A program made the translations under genes and the position numbers. Positions 52,973 to 64,000 of a DNA stretch of 64,000 nucleotides are shown here, piece after piece. The stretch lies in the NCBI GenBank assembly GCA_963771045.1, contig CAVYRW010000004.1:832001-896000 (forward strand). The letters run 5' to 3'. Each line of letters begins with the position of its first letter. Position 1 is the stretch's first letter. Source of the DNA: Waddliaceae bacterium. Its GTDB lineage: Bacteria > Chlamydiota > Chlamydiia > Chlamydiales > SLFE01. The notes under the pieces are model-generated. The model searched no databases. It was given only the letters and a program-made list of their open reading frames with translations, and was not told the DNA's origin.

Positions 52973-55660
52973 TTAATTTTTCTTTGTCAGGATATCGGCT
53001 TTGATCAATATGACCATAGCAGCCGATTCCGTTAGGTTGATTGTTTCGGTTGTTTTCTCTTCTCCCATTAATTTGCATAAACTCTGATATAGCTGAGGGC
53101 ATGCGGCAATTTCGCGATCGGCGACCTTCCTAAAATTGGCAATTAACACTTCAGGAGTGAAATGAGTGAAAAATCTTTGATAAAGGTGTTCAAATGATTG
53201 GTCAATCAACTCTTCTGAAATGTTGGCGGGACGAATATCAAGAATAGGACTCAAAGGCAACCCCAAGCTGCTTCCGATTCTGTTTTTGATATAAATCGAT
53301 TGAATATCAAAAGGTTCAATAGCCGTCTCTTCCCTATTTAATCTCTTGAGCAATATCGATATATAATCAAAAACAGGGTCTTCAATGGACGGTTTATTCC
53401 CAATCATTTCATTGAGATATGAAGATTTCGAGAATAAATAATTATATAAGACTGTTTCAAGAATATGCGAGGTGGTTTCAAGAGCGCTGCTGCTATGATA
53501 AAGCGGACCCCTGCAATTGAGCGGGAGGGCATAAAAGGCTGTCGATATCGCCTCAGGAAGACTAGGCGGCCAAATCCTCACAGGAAGCTTATAGTGCTGA
53601 TGTTTAAAGCAACGTAAAAATTTAAGGAATTCAGAATCAAGTTTCTCAGGACAAAGCTGCTTAAACCAATCGATGAGCCAAGCAAGCTGATATGCAGTTA
53701 TTGTCATCTTGTCTTGATCCCATTGATTGAATAATCTTGTAAAAAGCAGCTCGTCAAATTCGCTTTTCCAGTAGTATAAATGCCAGCCATTTACGCTTCT
53801 AAACTTCCCTTTAGAATTGCATATTTTATATAACTGCTTCAAATCTTCCGGTTTTATTCCATCGGGCAAATCTTTCCGGGTTGGAATTTTCTTCACTTTG
53901 GTCAAAGATTCCGGATGGATGAAAAAATCTTTAAATGAAGGTTGATTTGAAGGTTGCGGATTTTGAGAGTTGGCATCTTCAATATATTGTAACATTATTT
54001 TAAACGGATTTCTTGGATCGGATGGATTTTTGATTTGCAACAAGATATTAAGAGTTGCACTCACAATCGGATCATCCCACTCAATCAGCCCATTGGATGC
54101 AGTTGCTAAGATGAGTATCCCAGCGAATGTGGAATAATTTTGATCAGCAGAATATTTGAGTGCCGAAAAACTTATTTTACACAATACATCGTAATAATCA
54201 GCTTCTTTCAGAACATGGCTTTGCAGGGCATCATTGACCAGCTGAAATAATAGGGAATAAGCATGTCCAAAATCGAATAGGTAAGGCTGGGCAACCTTTA
54301 AAATCTTTTTCCGGAATCCTTCAGGAAATTTTGCGGCTGCTTCTAGAACCTTGTCGATCATCGAATGGTTCATCTGCTTTGTAATAAATCCCTTGGACAA
54401 TTGAATAATCAACTGGCCATGGCATTCAATTTTGGTGGCTATGAGCTTGATTATTTTTAATACTTCCCAGGTATCTATTTCTTTTTCTCTCAAGGATATG
54501 GCTAAGTCGACAATGGACTCGCGATCGTTTTTGTCTACACATTCATGAAGCGCACAAAGGAAATCACTAATTCCTTTTGTAGGCTCATCATTGATAAAAT
54601 AGCGGCAAACCAATGCCACTATCTCTTCTTTCTCTTTGTTATCAATCGTAGCGAGTTTGCAAAAAATCGATGACAGTTGGCAGCCGCTACATTGAGATGG
54701 CAAAAATTTGGCGGCAGCAGCGCAGTCTCTTCGGTTTTTATTCCCCTTTACCGAAACAACCGCTTTTAAAATCTGATTTCGTGCATTAGCCCCGTAATAC
54801 GGCTGTTGCAAATCACAGACAATTGAGACGATCGCATTCCTTTCGCATCTCTCTGTCTTCAGCAATATGTCAATGGATTCAATAAAATAACTTGGCCAAG
54901 AAACTTCAGGAATGATGCGGTTGACCTGATCGACGATTTCCTTTCTTTCAACTTCATCTTGAATTGAAACCACCTTGCTAATCAGTTCATGCAAGCCTAT
55001 AAAGTCCCTGTCATATTTAATGGAATTAACCAATTCGACCAGCCGCGATCTCTCTTCACTATCATAACCACCAAGAATTTCAATGACCTTTTCGGAATCC
55101 GTCATAAGGCTATAACAAGAACGTTTACACAAATACTTTGTCTGATCGACAATATTTCGGCGTTCTTTTGGGTCAATCTTCTGAAGAATTTGTATTCTTC
55201 TGTTTCTCTTGAAGCTACCCCCTAACTGATGGGACATTTCAATGAGAGGGCCTCTTTCAGGCCGTTTAATCGATGAAACGGTTTTGAGGGTCTTAATCAT
55301 ATCCTTTTCGCGACATAAGCCCAGATCAGCTACCCTCTTGCAGACATCTTCTCTCTCCTTATTGCTGATCGACGCGACAGCAGACATTACGAGAGCAACG
55401 TTTACCTTTTCCCACTTGAGGTAATCAAAATAATGAGTTTTTTTGCAAAACGACCATGTATAATCACAGATCTGTTTTTTTTCTTCCGAATCATAGCCCT
55501 GCAGAATCTTTTCGGCGATTTTTTGATAAACATGCTTTTTAAAAGCATTTTTTCGCAATTTTTCTTCCCGCCGTGCACCATCACATTTTCGACATATATC
55601 TTCAGACTTCTGTAAACAATCCGGTATCCTGTACATCATTTCCTCCTTATCCTGTGACAA
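52973..55660 (-). CDS. large orphan helical-repeat protein, candidate effector
   Basis: Recurring I...ER..IV units about 35-40 aa apart; AAGGAGG RBS suggests a start near 55639. Confidence 0.8.
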   Translation of the reverse strand: MSQDKEEMMYRIPDCLQKSEDICRKCDGARREEKLRKNAFKKHVYQKIAEKILQGYDSEEKKQICDYTWSFCKKTHYFDYLKWEKVNVALVMSAVASISNKEREDVCKRVADLGLCREKDMIKTLKTVSSIKRPERGPLIEMSHQLGGSFKRNRRIQILQKIDPKERRNIVDQTKYLCKRSCYSLMTDSEKVIEILGGYDSEERSRLVELVNSIKYDRDFIGLHELISKVVSIQDEVERKEIVDQVNRIIPEVSWPSYFIESIDILLKTERCERNAIVSIVCDLQQPYYGANARNQILKAVVSVKGNKNRRDCAAAAKFLPSQCSGCQLSSIFCKLATIDNKEKEEIVALVCRYFINDEPTKGISDFLCALHECVDKNDRESIVDLAISLREKEIDTWEVLKIIKLIATKIECHGQLIIQLSKGFITKQMNHSMIDKVLEAAAKFPEGFRKKILKVAQPYLFDFGHAYSLLFQLVNDALQSHVLKEADYYDVLCKISFSALKYSADQNYSTFAGILILATASNGLIEWDDPIVSATLNILLQIKNPSDPRNPFKIMLQYIEDANSQNPQPSNQPSFKDFFIHPESLTKVKKIPTRKDLPDGIKPEDLKQLYKICNSKGKFRSVNGWHLYYWKSEFDELLFTRLFNQWDQDKMTITAYQLAWLIDWFKQLCPEKLDSEFLKFLRCFKHQHYKLPVRIWPPSLPEAISTAFYALPLNCRGPLYHSSSALETTSHILETVLYNYLFSKSSYLNEMIGNKPSIEDPVFDYISILLKRLNREETAIEPFDIQSIYIKNRIGSSLGLPLSPILDIRPANISEELIDQSFEHLYQRFFTHFTPEVLIANFRKVADREIAACPQLYQSLCKLMGEEKTTETINLTESAAMVILIKADILTKKN

Positions 55661-55754
55661 AAGCAGTAGATTAAAAGATTATTGCTATATAAATCCTGCA
55701 GAAATCAAGCAGTATTTTATTATCTGCGTTCATCTGTGTCAACAAATTACAACT

Positions 55755-55857
55755 CCCTGATTCGTCAGTCATGTCAAATGACATGACTTCCTCAGAATCT
55801 GAAAAATTTAATCACTTTCTAGAGCGTCTCACAGCGGATTAGGGCACAATCATGGGT
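55755..55857. repeat. partial family A-related MITE (degenerate TIR plus hairpin)
   Basis: GATTAGGGCACAATCATGGGT at 55837-55857; palindrome AGTCATGTCAAATGACATGACT. Confidence 0.7.
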
Positions 55858-55979
55858 TAAAGAATCCATTTTCCTTCCTCTCTGTGATCTCTGTGGGCTT
55901 TTTGGTAGAAAAATTCATAGCAGACATATTGAGATTAAAAGGAATAAATTAACTGGTGATATCTTTTAGGTACACTGCC
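55858..55979 (+). mobile_element. IS5-derived element copy 3, one end only
   Basis: Reverse-complement match to 931-1048, ending ATCTTTTAGGTACACTGCC-TA. Confidence 0.85.
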
Positions 55980-56028
55980 TAATATATTCAAGAAAAAGGT
56001 CTGAGTGTTTACCGCTAAAGCGTCTCAC

Positions 56029-57072
56029 TCAATAATAGGTTACAGGAGGGGGAGTTGATTCTTTGATACTTTTCAGCTGATGCCAGTAGGGGTAAGGAAG
56101 GGGTTTTTGGCTTGCTTTATCAAGCTTTGCGATTTGATCCTTGCTTAAATTCCAGCCGACAGATCCGAGGTTGTCTTTGAGCTGCTCTTCGTTTCTCGCC
56201 CCGAGAATCACGTTGGCAACAGTCGGCCTTTGAAGCAGCCAATTAATCGCTATTTGCGGAATCGATTTTCCTGTTTCATTAGCGATCTCTTCTAAGACAT
56301 CAACGACATTAAAAAAATAGTCATCTGCTACCTGCGGACCCGCCTCAGAAGTGGCGTGCAAGCGGCTCACTGACGGCAAAGACGGAGATTTTCTCGTGAT
56401 TTTACCCGTCAATCTTCCCCATCCCAGGGGGCTCCAAACCAACAAGCCAATCCCTTGATCCATGGCAAGGGGCATGAGCTCTGCTTCATAATCCCGGCCA
56501 ATTAGGGAGTAGTACCCTTGATAGGCGACATAGCGCTCCAGTCCTTCTCTTTCAGAAATAGACAAAGATTTCATGAGATGCCATCCAGAAAAATTCGAAC
56601 AGCCGATATAACGAATTTTTCCGCTCTGAACAAGGTTATCAAGAGTCCTTAATGTTTCCTCCACAGGAGTCGCGGCATCAAAACCATGCAATTGGAATAA
56701 GTCTATATAATCGGTGCCTAATCGTTTTAAACTTCCTTCAACAGCATTGATAAGATGGTGGCGGGAAGACCCGGCGTCATTGGGATCATCTTCGCTGAAC
56801 CGAAAGGTTGCTTTTGTGGAAAGAAGAACCTTTTCGCGGCGCTTTTTTATCGCAGCCCCGAGTATCGCTTCCGAGGATCCGCATGAATAGATATCGGCCG
56901 AATCAAATAAAGTCGCCCCATGATCTAAACAGATGTCGATCATTCGGGACGCTTCTTTAACGTCGGTTTTTCCCCAGGCTTCAAATAATTGTCCTCTTCC
57001 GCCGAAAGTGGCGGTTCCAAAACTCAATACAGGAACTTTAAAGCCGCTGCGGCCTAACTGTCTATATTCCAT
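56029..57072 (-). CDS. aldo/keto reductase
   Basis: FDSADIY, SLKRLGTDYIDLFQLH, GKIRYIGCSN, WSPLGWG. Confidence 0.95.
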   Translation of the reverse strand: MEYRQLGRSGFKVPVLSFGTATFGGRGQLFEAWGKTDVKEASRMIDICLDHGATLFDSADIYSCGSSEAILGAAIKKRREKVLLSTKATFRFSEDDPNDAGSSRHHLINAVEGSLKRLGTDYIDLFQLHGFDAATPVEETLRTLDNLVQSGKIRYIGCSNFSGWHLMKSLSISEREGLERYVAYQGYYSLIGRDYEAELMPLAMDQGIGLLVWSPLGWGRLTGKITRKSPSLPSVSRLHATSEAGPQVADDYFFNVVDVLEEIANETGKSIPQIAINWLLQRPTVANVILGARNEEQLKDNLGSVGWNLSKDQIAKLDKASQKPLPYPYWHQLKSIKESTPPPVTYY

Positions 57073-57136
57073 AGCATTTCCTCCTCAATAAATCTGAACA
57101 CTTAGATCCTTAATTGTCAATTTCGGTCTAAGGTAT

Positions 57137-58336
57137 CTCTGTACTGGACAAAAAATGATTTGATAAAAAAATGTCGCTGATGAGATTGTAACTCGTTGAA
57201 AACCAAATCTAGCGAGGTACATTTATGAATCACATCAGCGAACTAAGAACCATTCTAGCCAATTTTTTCAATTGGAACAAGGCCAGAATCACTTGCTTGA
57301 CCCACATCGTCCAAGCTCTGTTTTGCGTGCGGACCATCAACCTGGCACAAATCGCGACGGCATTCCAAACAGATTGTAAAGAAGAGTCTGCTTATCGCAG
57401 GATATGCAGATTCTTTACTGACTTCTCATTTGACTTCAGTTGTATAGCCCCTTTCATCCTTAAATTGTTTCCCCTGGATCAGAAATGTACGCTCATCCTT
57501 GATCGGACGAACTGAAGTGGGGCAAGACCCCGATTAACATATTGATGCTCTCAATCGCCTATAAAGGGATCAGCATCCCTTTTTTCTGGTCTGTATTAGA
57601 CTTGGAAGGTAACTCATCCACACACGACCGAGTGTCGCTGCTCAAGCGCACTCTCAAAAAGTTTTCACCCGAGAAAATCGAAGCTTTTACTGCTGATCGA
57701 GAATTTATTGGCGAAGATTGGTTTCTTTTCTTGATAGACGCACGTATTCCATTCGTTATTCGTGTGAAGGGCTCGTATAAGATTTTCGAGCTAGACTCTG
57801 ATGAATCGATTTCCATTCATCAAATCCTGAAACGCTATGGAAGAAGAAAAAAAGTCCTCAATGTCCCGGTAGAGCTATGGGGGCTGCAGCTGTATTTATC
57901 CTTTCGGAAAGGCAAAAAAGGTTCGAAAGAGCCCATGATTGTGGTTTCGAATCATGACTTTGAAGATGCGTTAGCGGTCTACAAAAGGCGATGGGAAATA
58001 GAGACGCTTTTTGGGTGTCTTAAAAGTCGCGGCTTTCGCATGGAGGATACTCATGTAACCGATCCAGATAAGATCGAGAAAATCCTCTTTGTCTTGGCTA
58101 TCGCCTTCTGCTGGGCCTATAGAACGGGTGAAATCCAGTCCAAGATCACCCCCATTCGGAAGAAATCCCATGGGAGAAAGAGTAAAAGCAAATTTCGACT
58201 GGGACTGGATATAATTCGGAGGGCTCTCATGAATCTCGGGTCTAATATTAATGAAATCAAACAGATACTGTGGCCTTTAGCCTGCTTAGAAAGAGGAGGT
58301 TGTCATGTGTGAAATAATTTTTTGTCCAGTACAGAG
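57137..58336 (+). mobile_element. IS4-family (ISAba1-like) element; transposase 57225-58312 has an in-frame TGA
   Basis: TIR CTCTGTACTGGACAAAAA, 9-bp TSD CTAAGGTAT; DRTN*KWG, ADREFIG, YKRRWEIETLFGCLKSRGF. Confidence 0.93.
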
Positions 58337-58459
58337 CTAAGGTATACACAATCAATGAAGTATGTTTTTCTAAGCTTTATTAATAATTATCTTGCGAATC
58401 AAAATTAATTTTTAATAGTATAAGTTATATAGAGAAATAATTGTTAAGGAGTTATTTTG

Positions 58460-58999
58460 ATGGATATTATTTACAAACATCGACCGCTTCTTTTTGTTGA
58501 AAGCTTAATTTTGTTTGCCGCAGGTTCAATTGCAATCACACTTCCGGTCGTTATGACTTTGAGTTTGGAATTGCTTTTCGGGATCTTTTTATCATCACAG
58601 GCGCCTACCAAATTGTCCGCGCCATTTACTGGCGGGAGCATCCAGGAGGCTGGATACCCACTGTTATCAATCTCATTTCCTACATCGCAATCGGGATACT
58701 TCTTCTAACACTGCCAATTAAAAGCGTGATGATTTTGAGCATCCTTTTAAGTATTTGGTTCATTGTTGACGGCATTACAAAAGTCATTACTGGTACCTTT
58801 TATCGAACACGCCAGGTGGTACATCTACAGCGGCATTCTGGCTATCGGTTTAGCTTTTGGAGTCTGGTTCTTCGGCCCCGAGACTTCTTTATGGGTCTTT
58901 GGGGTTTTAGTAGGAGTCAATATGCTCGTCTTCGGGCTGACACTCATACTTTACATACTCCTGGCTACTTATTGCACGAAGCGAGATACCCGGCTGTAG
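58460..58999 (+). CDS. HdeD/DUF308 family membrane protein, frameshifted
   Basis: Hydrophobic pieces in three frames; C-terminal SLWVFGVLVGVNMLVFG. Confidence 0.65.
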
Positions 59000-61900
59000 C
59001 GGACTTTTTGCATCGGGCGAGTTTTTCTGGAGTGCCGGTAAACATGACATTGCCTCCTTTCTCGCCGGCGCCGGGACCGAGGTCGATGAAGTGTCGGCAT
59101 TTTTGATCATATCGAGGTTGTGTTCGATGATGACCATTGTGTGGCCTTTGTCGACGAGGCGATGGAGTACCTTGAGAAGCTTTTGAATATCGTCGCTATG
59201 CAGGCCTATAGTCGGTTCGTCCATGACATAGAGGGTCTTTCCACGGGCCCTCTTGGCTAGCTCGCGGCTCAGTTTTATGCGCTGGGCTTCGCCGCCGGAA
59301 AGGGTGACCATTTCCTGGCCAAGCTTGAGATAGCCCAATCCGACGTCGATAAGAGTGTCGATAATGCGTATGATTCTCGGAAAATTTTCAAAAGCAAGCC
59401 GCACTTCATTGACGGTTGAGTTTAAATACTGGCCGAAGTTCTTGCCGCCGTATTTGACTTCGAGGCTCAACGGGTTCAGCCGAAGCCCATTGCACTCTTG
59501 GCAGGGTACTTTGACAGAGGGAAGAAAAAACATCTCGACTCTTTTATATCCCAGCCCCCAGCAGCCCGTACACATGCCTTTTTTGTGGTTGTAGCTAAAA
59601 TGGCGGGAGATGAGCCCTTTGGCGCGAGCCTCCGGGAGTTGGGCGAAAAACTCTCTCATCCTGTCAAGGACTTCGGTGTAGGTCCCGACGTTCGAACGAA
59701 TTGTATGGCCTATCGGATTCTGATCAATGGAAATGATGGTGTCGAAATTCTGTATGCCCTGCACCTTGGCAAAGGGGAAAATATGACGTATCTTCGCCGG
59801 ACAAAAGCCCCTTTTCGACTGCTGGAGACAGGATTTGGTGGATCAGTGTCGATTTTCCCGATCCGGAGACGCCGGTCACTAAGGTAAGAAGGCCGCACGG
59901 GATCTTGACTTCGATGGATTTTAAATTGTTCAAGGAGGCGTTCTTGATTGTGAGGAAGGTCTTTGTTGGGGTGCGTCTTTTTTCTGGAACAGAAACTTTT
60001 AGCTTTCCAGACAGGTACTTTCCAGTTGAGGATTTCGGATTTTTTTTAATCTGGCTGAGAGTGCCCCTCGCAACAATATGACCCCCTTTTTCTCCCGCCA
60101 TGGGGCCGAAGTCAAGCAGTGTGTCGGCAATGGAAATGGTGAGGGGATCGTGTTCGACAAGCAAAAGGGTGTTGCCGAGGTTCTTCAGTTTCAGAAGCGC
60201 TTTGTTGAGGCGTTCGTTGTCTTTGGGGTGCAAGCCGATGGTCGGTTCGTCAAGAACATACATGGATCCGGTAAGTCCGGATCCGAGCTGGCGGGCAAGC
60301 CGGATGCGCTGGGCTTCGCCTCCGCTTAGCGTCGGAGCCATGCGGTTTAGGGAAAGGTAGTCCAGTCCAACTTCGCACATAAAAGCGAGCCGTTTTTCAA
60401 GCTGCGACATCACCTCTTCTAAAAGATGTCTTTCTTCGGTAGAAAACGTGAGTTTTTTTAAAAAATGAAGGGCTTCGTTAATCGGCAGGCTGCAAAGGTC
60501 TTGAATTCCCTTGTTTTTAATGGTCACATGGCGCGCTAGGTCGTTAATGCGGGCGCCGCCGCAAGAGATGCAAGGCGTCTCTTCCATCAGCATGATCGCC
60601 GCTTTGCGAATGGAAGAATCGATGCTGCGAACCGAGTGCGCAAGGAGTTGGTTCAATCCCGCCCAGCGGAAATAGAGCCCTTCCGAGGTTTGATAATGCC
60701 TAGATTCAGACGTCCCTTCTAAAAGCTTCTGAAGATGCTTGACGGGAAGGTCGCTAAGCGGCACTTCGGATTCGATCCCTTCGGAGTCTAAAAACAGGTA
60801 AAGCATTTCATAGGCAGCTTCGGAAAAATAATCGCCCCAAAGCTGCTGCATCAATTCGATAAAGGTGAGGTCCATGATCTCTTGATGCTTGATGAGGCTT
60901 GCTCCATATTGAAATCCGAGCCCCTCGCAATAGGGGCACATGCCACCTTGGGTGTTGAAGGAAAACGTATGGGGTGTGATTTCAGGGTAGGATTTGCCAG
61001 TGCTTTCAACAGAGAAGGAGAGATTAAGAAAATGTCCTCCTCCTCTTTTTGAATAATTAAGCGGTTGCCTCCGATTTTAGCGCATGTTTCGACAGCTTCA
61101 AAAACGCGCTGGCGGATATTGGGGCCGGACTTTAGCCGATCGACAATCAAGAAGGAGTTCATGTTTCCGTTTAGGATCGTAGGGGATGGCCTCGGGATCC
61201 TCAAGTTCGTAGATAATCTCCGTCGAGCCGAATCCTGAGATATCCCATACGCTGAAATCGGGAGATCAGTTTCGGAAAACTTTTCCTGTCTGCCTATAGG
61301 AGCGAAAAAATAAAGGGGAATATTCGGAGGATAGGCCATCACACGGTCGACGACATAATCTTTGCTGATAGCTTTGATCCTCTCTTTAGTTTCTGGGCAG
61401 TGGGGTATGCCGACTCTCGCAAAAAGGATGCGCAGATAGTCGTAAATTTCGGTCAGGGTTCCTACGGTGCTGCGGGGGTTGCCCGCATGGATTTTTTGCT
61501 CGATGGAAATGGCGGGGGAAAGTCCGGTGATGGTATCTAAAACGGGTTTTGGCATTTGTTTGACGAACTGACGGGCATAAGGGGAAAGCGATTCAATGTA
61601 GCGCCTTTGTCCTTCGGCATAGACAGTGTCGAAGGCAAAAGAGCTTTTTCCCGATCCGGAAGGGCCTGTGCATATAGTAATTTTTCCTCGCGGTATCGAG
61701 GCGTCGACCCCCTTGAGATTATTTTGTCTGGCACTTTCGACGATAATGTGCTGAATCCCTTTGACGTTTTTCTTCCTGGCAGGGGGTTTTTGCAAAATTT
61801 TTTGAACCTCTTTGATAAGGGTTCCGTTTAAGATATGGCAGGCGGCGCGCCCTGTTGCCGTTTTCTTTTTGGCTATTTGTTCCGGCGTTCCGACTCCGAC

Positions 61901-64000
61901 AATGTTTCCCCCGCCTGCTCCCCCTTCAGGCCCCAAGTCAATGATCCAGTCGGCGGTTTTGATCACTTCCATATTATGTTCGATCACAATAACAGTATTG
62001 CCGCGGTCGACGAGCTCGTGAAGGACTTCAAGAAGATGTTTCACATCGTGATAATGCAGCCCTGTCGTGGGTTCGTCGAGAATGTAGAGCGTCTTTCCCG
62101 TCGCCGGCCTGACCAGCTCTTTGGCGAGTTTGATCCGCTGCGCTTCTCCACCTGACAGCGTGGTGGAAAATTGCCCCAGTTTCAAATAGCCGAGTCCAAC
62201 TTTGATCAGCACTTCCAGTTTATGGCGAATGGAGGGAATGTTTTGAAAAAATTCGAAAGCTCTGCCGACATCCATTTCAAGAATATCGTAGATGCTTTTC
62301 CCTTTGAATTTGACCGACAAGGTTTCAGTGTCGAAGCGTTTGCCGAGGCAAAGAGGACAAAGCGACCCAAGCGTCTTCCATAAAATCCATATCAACTTTT
62401 CTGAGTCCCATTCCGGAGCATTCGGAACACGATCCTTCTCTGACATTGAAGCTGAATCGTCCGGGTTTGTAACCTCTTGCCTTGACTTTCGGGAAGCTTG
62501 GCGAAGAGATCTCGGATATCGTCGAACAGTTTGATGTAGGTCGCGGGGTTGGAGCGGGGGTTGCGGCCGATCGGGGACTGGTCGATGCCGATTGCTTTGT
62601 CGATGTTTTTGATACCGAGGATTTTTTTGTGCTTGCCGACATCATGGTCGCCGCCATGCAGCGCATTGGAGAGGGAGGGATAGAGGATCTCGGTGATGAG
62701 CGAAGATTTGCCGGAGCCCGAGACTCCTGTGATTCCGATGAAGACTTCCAAGGGAAACTCCGCATCGATTTTTTTGAGATTGTGGTGCCGGGCTCCCAAA
62801 ACCTGGAGTTTCGCTTTGGAGGGCTTGCGCCTTTTTCGGGGAATGGGGATTACAAGCTCGCCGCGAAGATATTTGGCCGTTAAGGAATGAGGGTTTTTGA
62901 GCAGTTTTCTTAAGTCTCCCTGGACGACAATTTCGCCCCCTTTGGAACCGGCCCCCGGGCCAAAGTCGACAACGTGGTCGGCAGAGAGTATCGTTTCCTC
63001 GTCATGCTCGACGACTACAACGGTATTTCCCATATTGCGAAGGTGTTTGAGTGTTTCGATCAGCTTGAGATTGTCTCGGGGATGAAGGCCGATGGAAGGT
63101 TCGTCCAAAACATAGGTGATGCCTACAAGTCCGCAGCCTATTTGAGAGGCCAGGCGGACCCTTTGCGCTTCCCCTCCGGAAAGGGTGGGGGCTGTTCTGT
63201 CGAGTGCGAGGTAATGGAGTCCGACTTGAACAAGAAAATGGAGGCGCTCGCGAATTTCCTTGAGAAGTTCCTAGGCGATTAACTGTTCGGTTCGGGTCAG
63301 GGAGATTCCCTCGAAAAAACGGACGCACTCGCCGATTGTCATCGTAGAAATTTCGCTGATGCTTTTTCCGCTGAGCTTTGCGGCTGCCGGATAAGGCTTC
63401 AGGCGAGTCCCCCTGCAATCGGGGCACTCTTGTTTGTGCATCAGCTCGAGCCATTTTTTTTCTGTAGCGCTCCGTTTTGGCCTCCTGGCAGCGGACATGC
63501 GCCTCGTGGAGAACTCCTTTCCATTTTATGCGGTCGGTCCAAACATAGCTTTTAACGGGATGAACAAAGGTCATTTTCAGCCAGCGGTCTTCGGGCGTTC
63601 CATATAGAAAGATATCCTGCGCCTTTTGCGAAAGTTTTTTCCAGGGGGTGTTGACGCTGAAGCCAAAAATTCTGGCTAGGTTGTCATAGATGTTGCCATA
63701 CCTTACAGTTTGGTGCGAAGTGGCGATGGAGCAGCAGTCCTTGGCGATGCTTTTGTTCGGATCGATGATAAGGTCTAGTTTAAATTCATTGATCATTCCC
63801 AAACCGTGGCATCTTGGACACATGCCGATGGGGCTGTTGAACGAAAAGTCTTGAGGCTCCAGGGATTTATAGGAGAGTCCCGACTTTGGAGAAAAGGCGT
63901 GCATCGAAAAGAGCTCTTCCTCTTCGGTTTCCGCATTATACACTATGCAGACGCCGCTGCCTTGCTGAAGAGCCTGGGTAATGCTGTCTGTAATGCGGGA
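58965..64000 (-). CDS. uvrA: excinuclease ABC subunit A, chlamydial double-length form; 5' end outside the window, many frameshifts
   Basis: Four LSGGEAQR/DEPxxGLH cassettes (~63170, 62150, 60320, 59290), three GxSGSGKS motifs, zinc fingers. Confidence 0.95.

Noticed and set aside
55760..55800. Hammerhead ribozyme (CTGAGGA-stem on the minus strand)
   Set aside because: No GAAA directly after the stem and no convincing stems I and III.
57513..57515. TGA read as Trp or Sec (alternative genetic code)
   Set aside because: A single TGG-to-TGA change in a transposase; TGA is an ordinary stop in many genes in this window.
58965..64000. Doubled UvrA as a novelty
   Set aside because: Tandem-fused UvrA is an established chlamydial trait.

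Overview
This window comes from an environmental chlamydia (phylum Chlamydiota). The core backbone has the gene order known from Chlamydia: rpmB ... malQ-scc1-copN-sctV-sctU ... ychF ... ribF-truB-rbfA-infB-nusA-rpsA. It also carries clpB, sthA, brnQ, lemA, an HtpX-like M48 peptidase and a double-length uvrA. Accessory slots between core genes hold eukaryote-like candidate effectors (RasGEF, BTB-LRR, three RNI-type LRR proteins, three large orphans). The same slots hold nested mobile DNA: an IS200/IS605 tnpA-tnpB element, IS5-derived remnants, IS3, ISAs1 interrupted by IS256, an ISAba1-like IS4, and two MITE families. The strongest observations are three. (i) A 195-bp MITE is inserted in frame in an LRR effector gene and adds 68 aa. 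(ii) The M48/AKR locus is present as two tandem versions with different cargo genes; the duplicated core-gene fragment differs mostly at synonymous sites, which suggests integration of a foreign allele. (iii) An ACCC-ended MITE family disrupts tnpB, hits the same site in two IS5 remnants, and has solo ends upstream of two orphan genes. Frameshifts in rpsA, ychF, uvrA and copN are most likely sequencing or assembly indels. All alignments and counts were done by eye.
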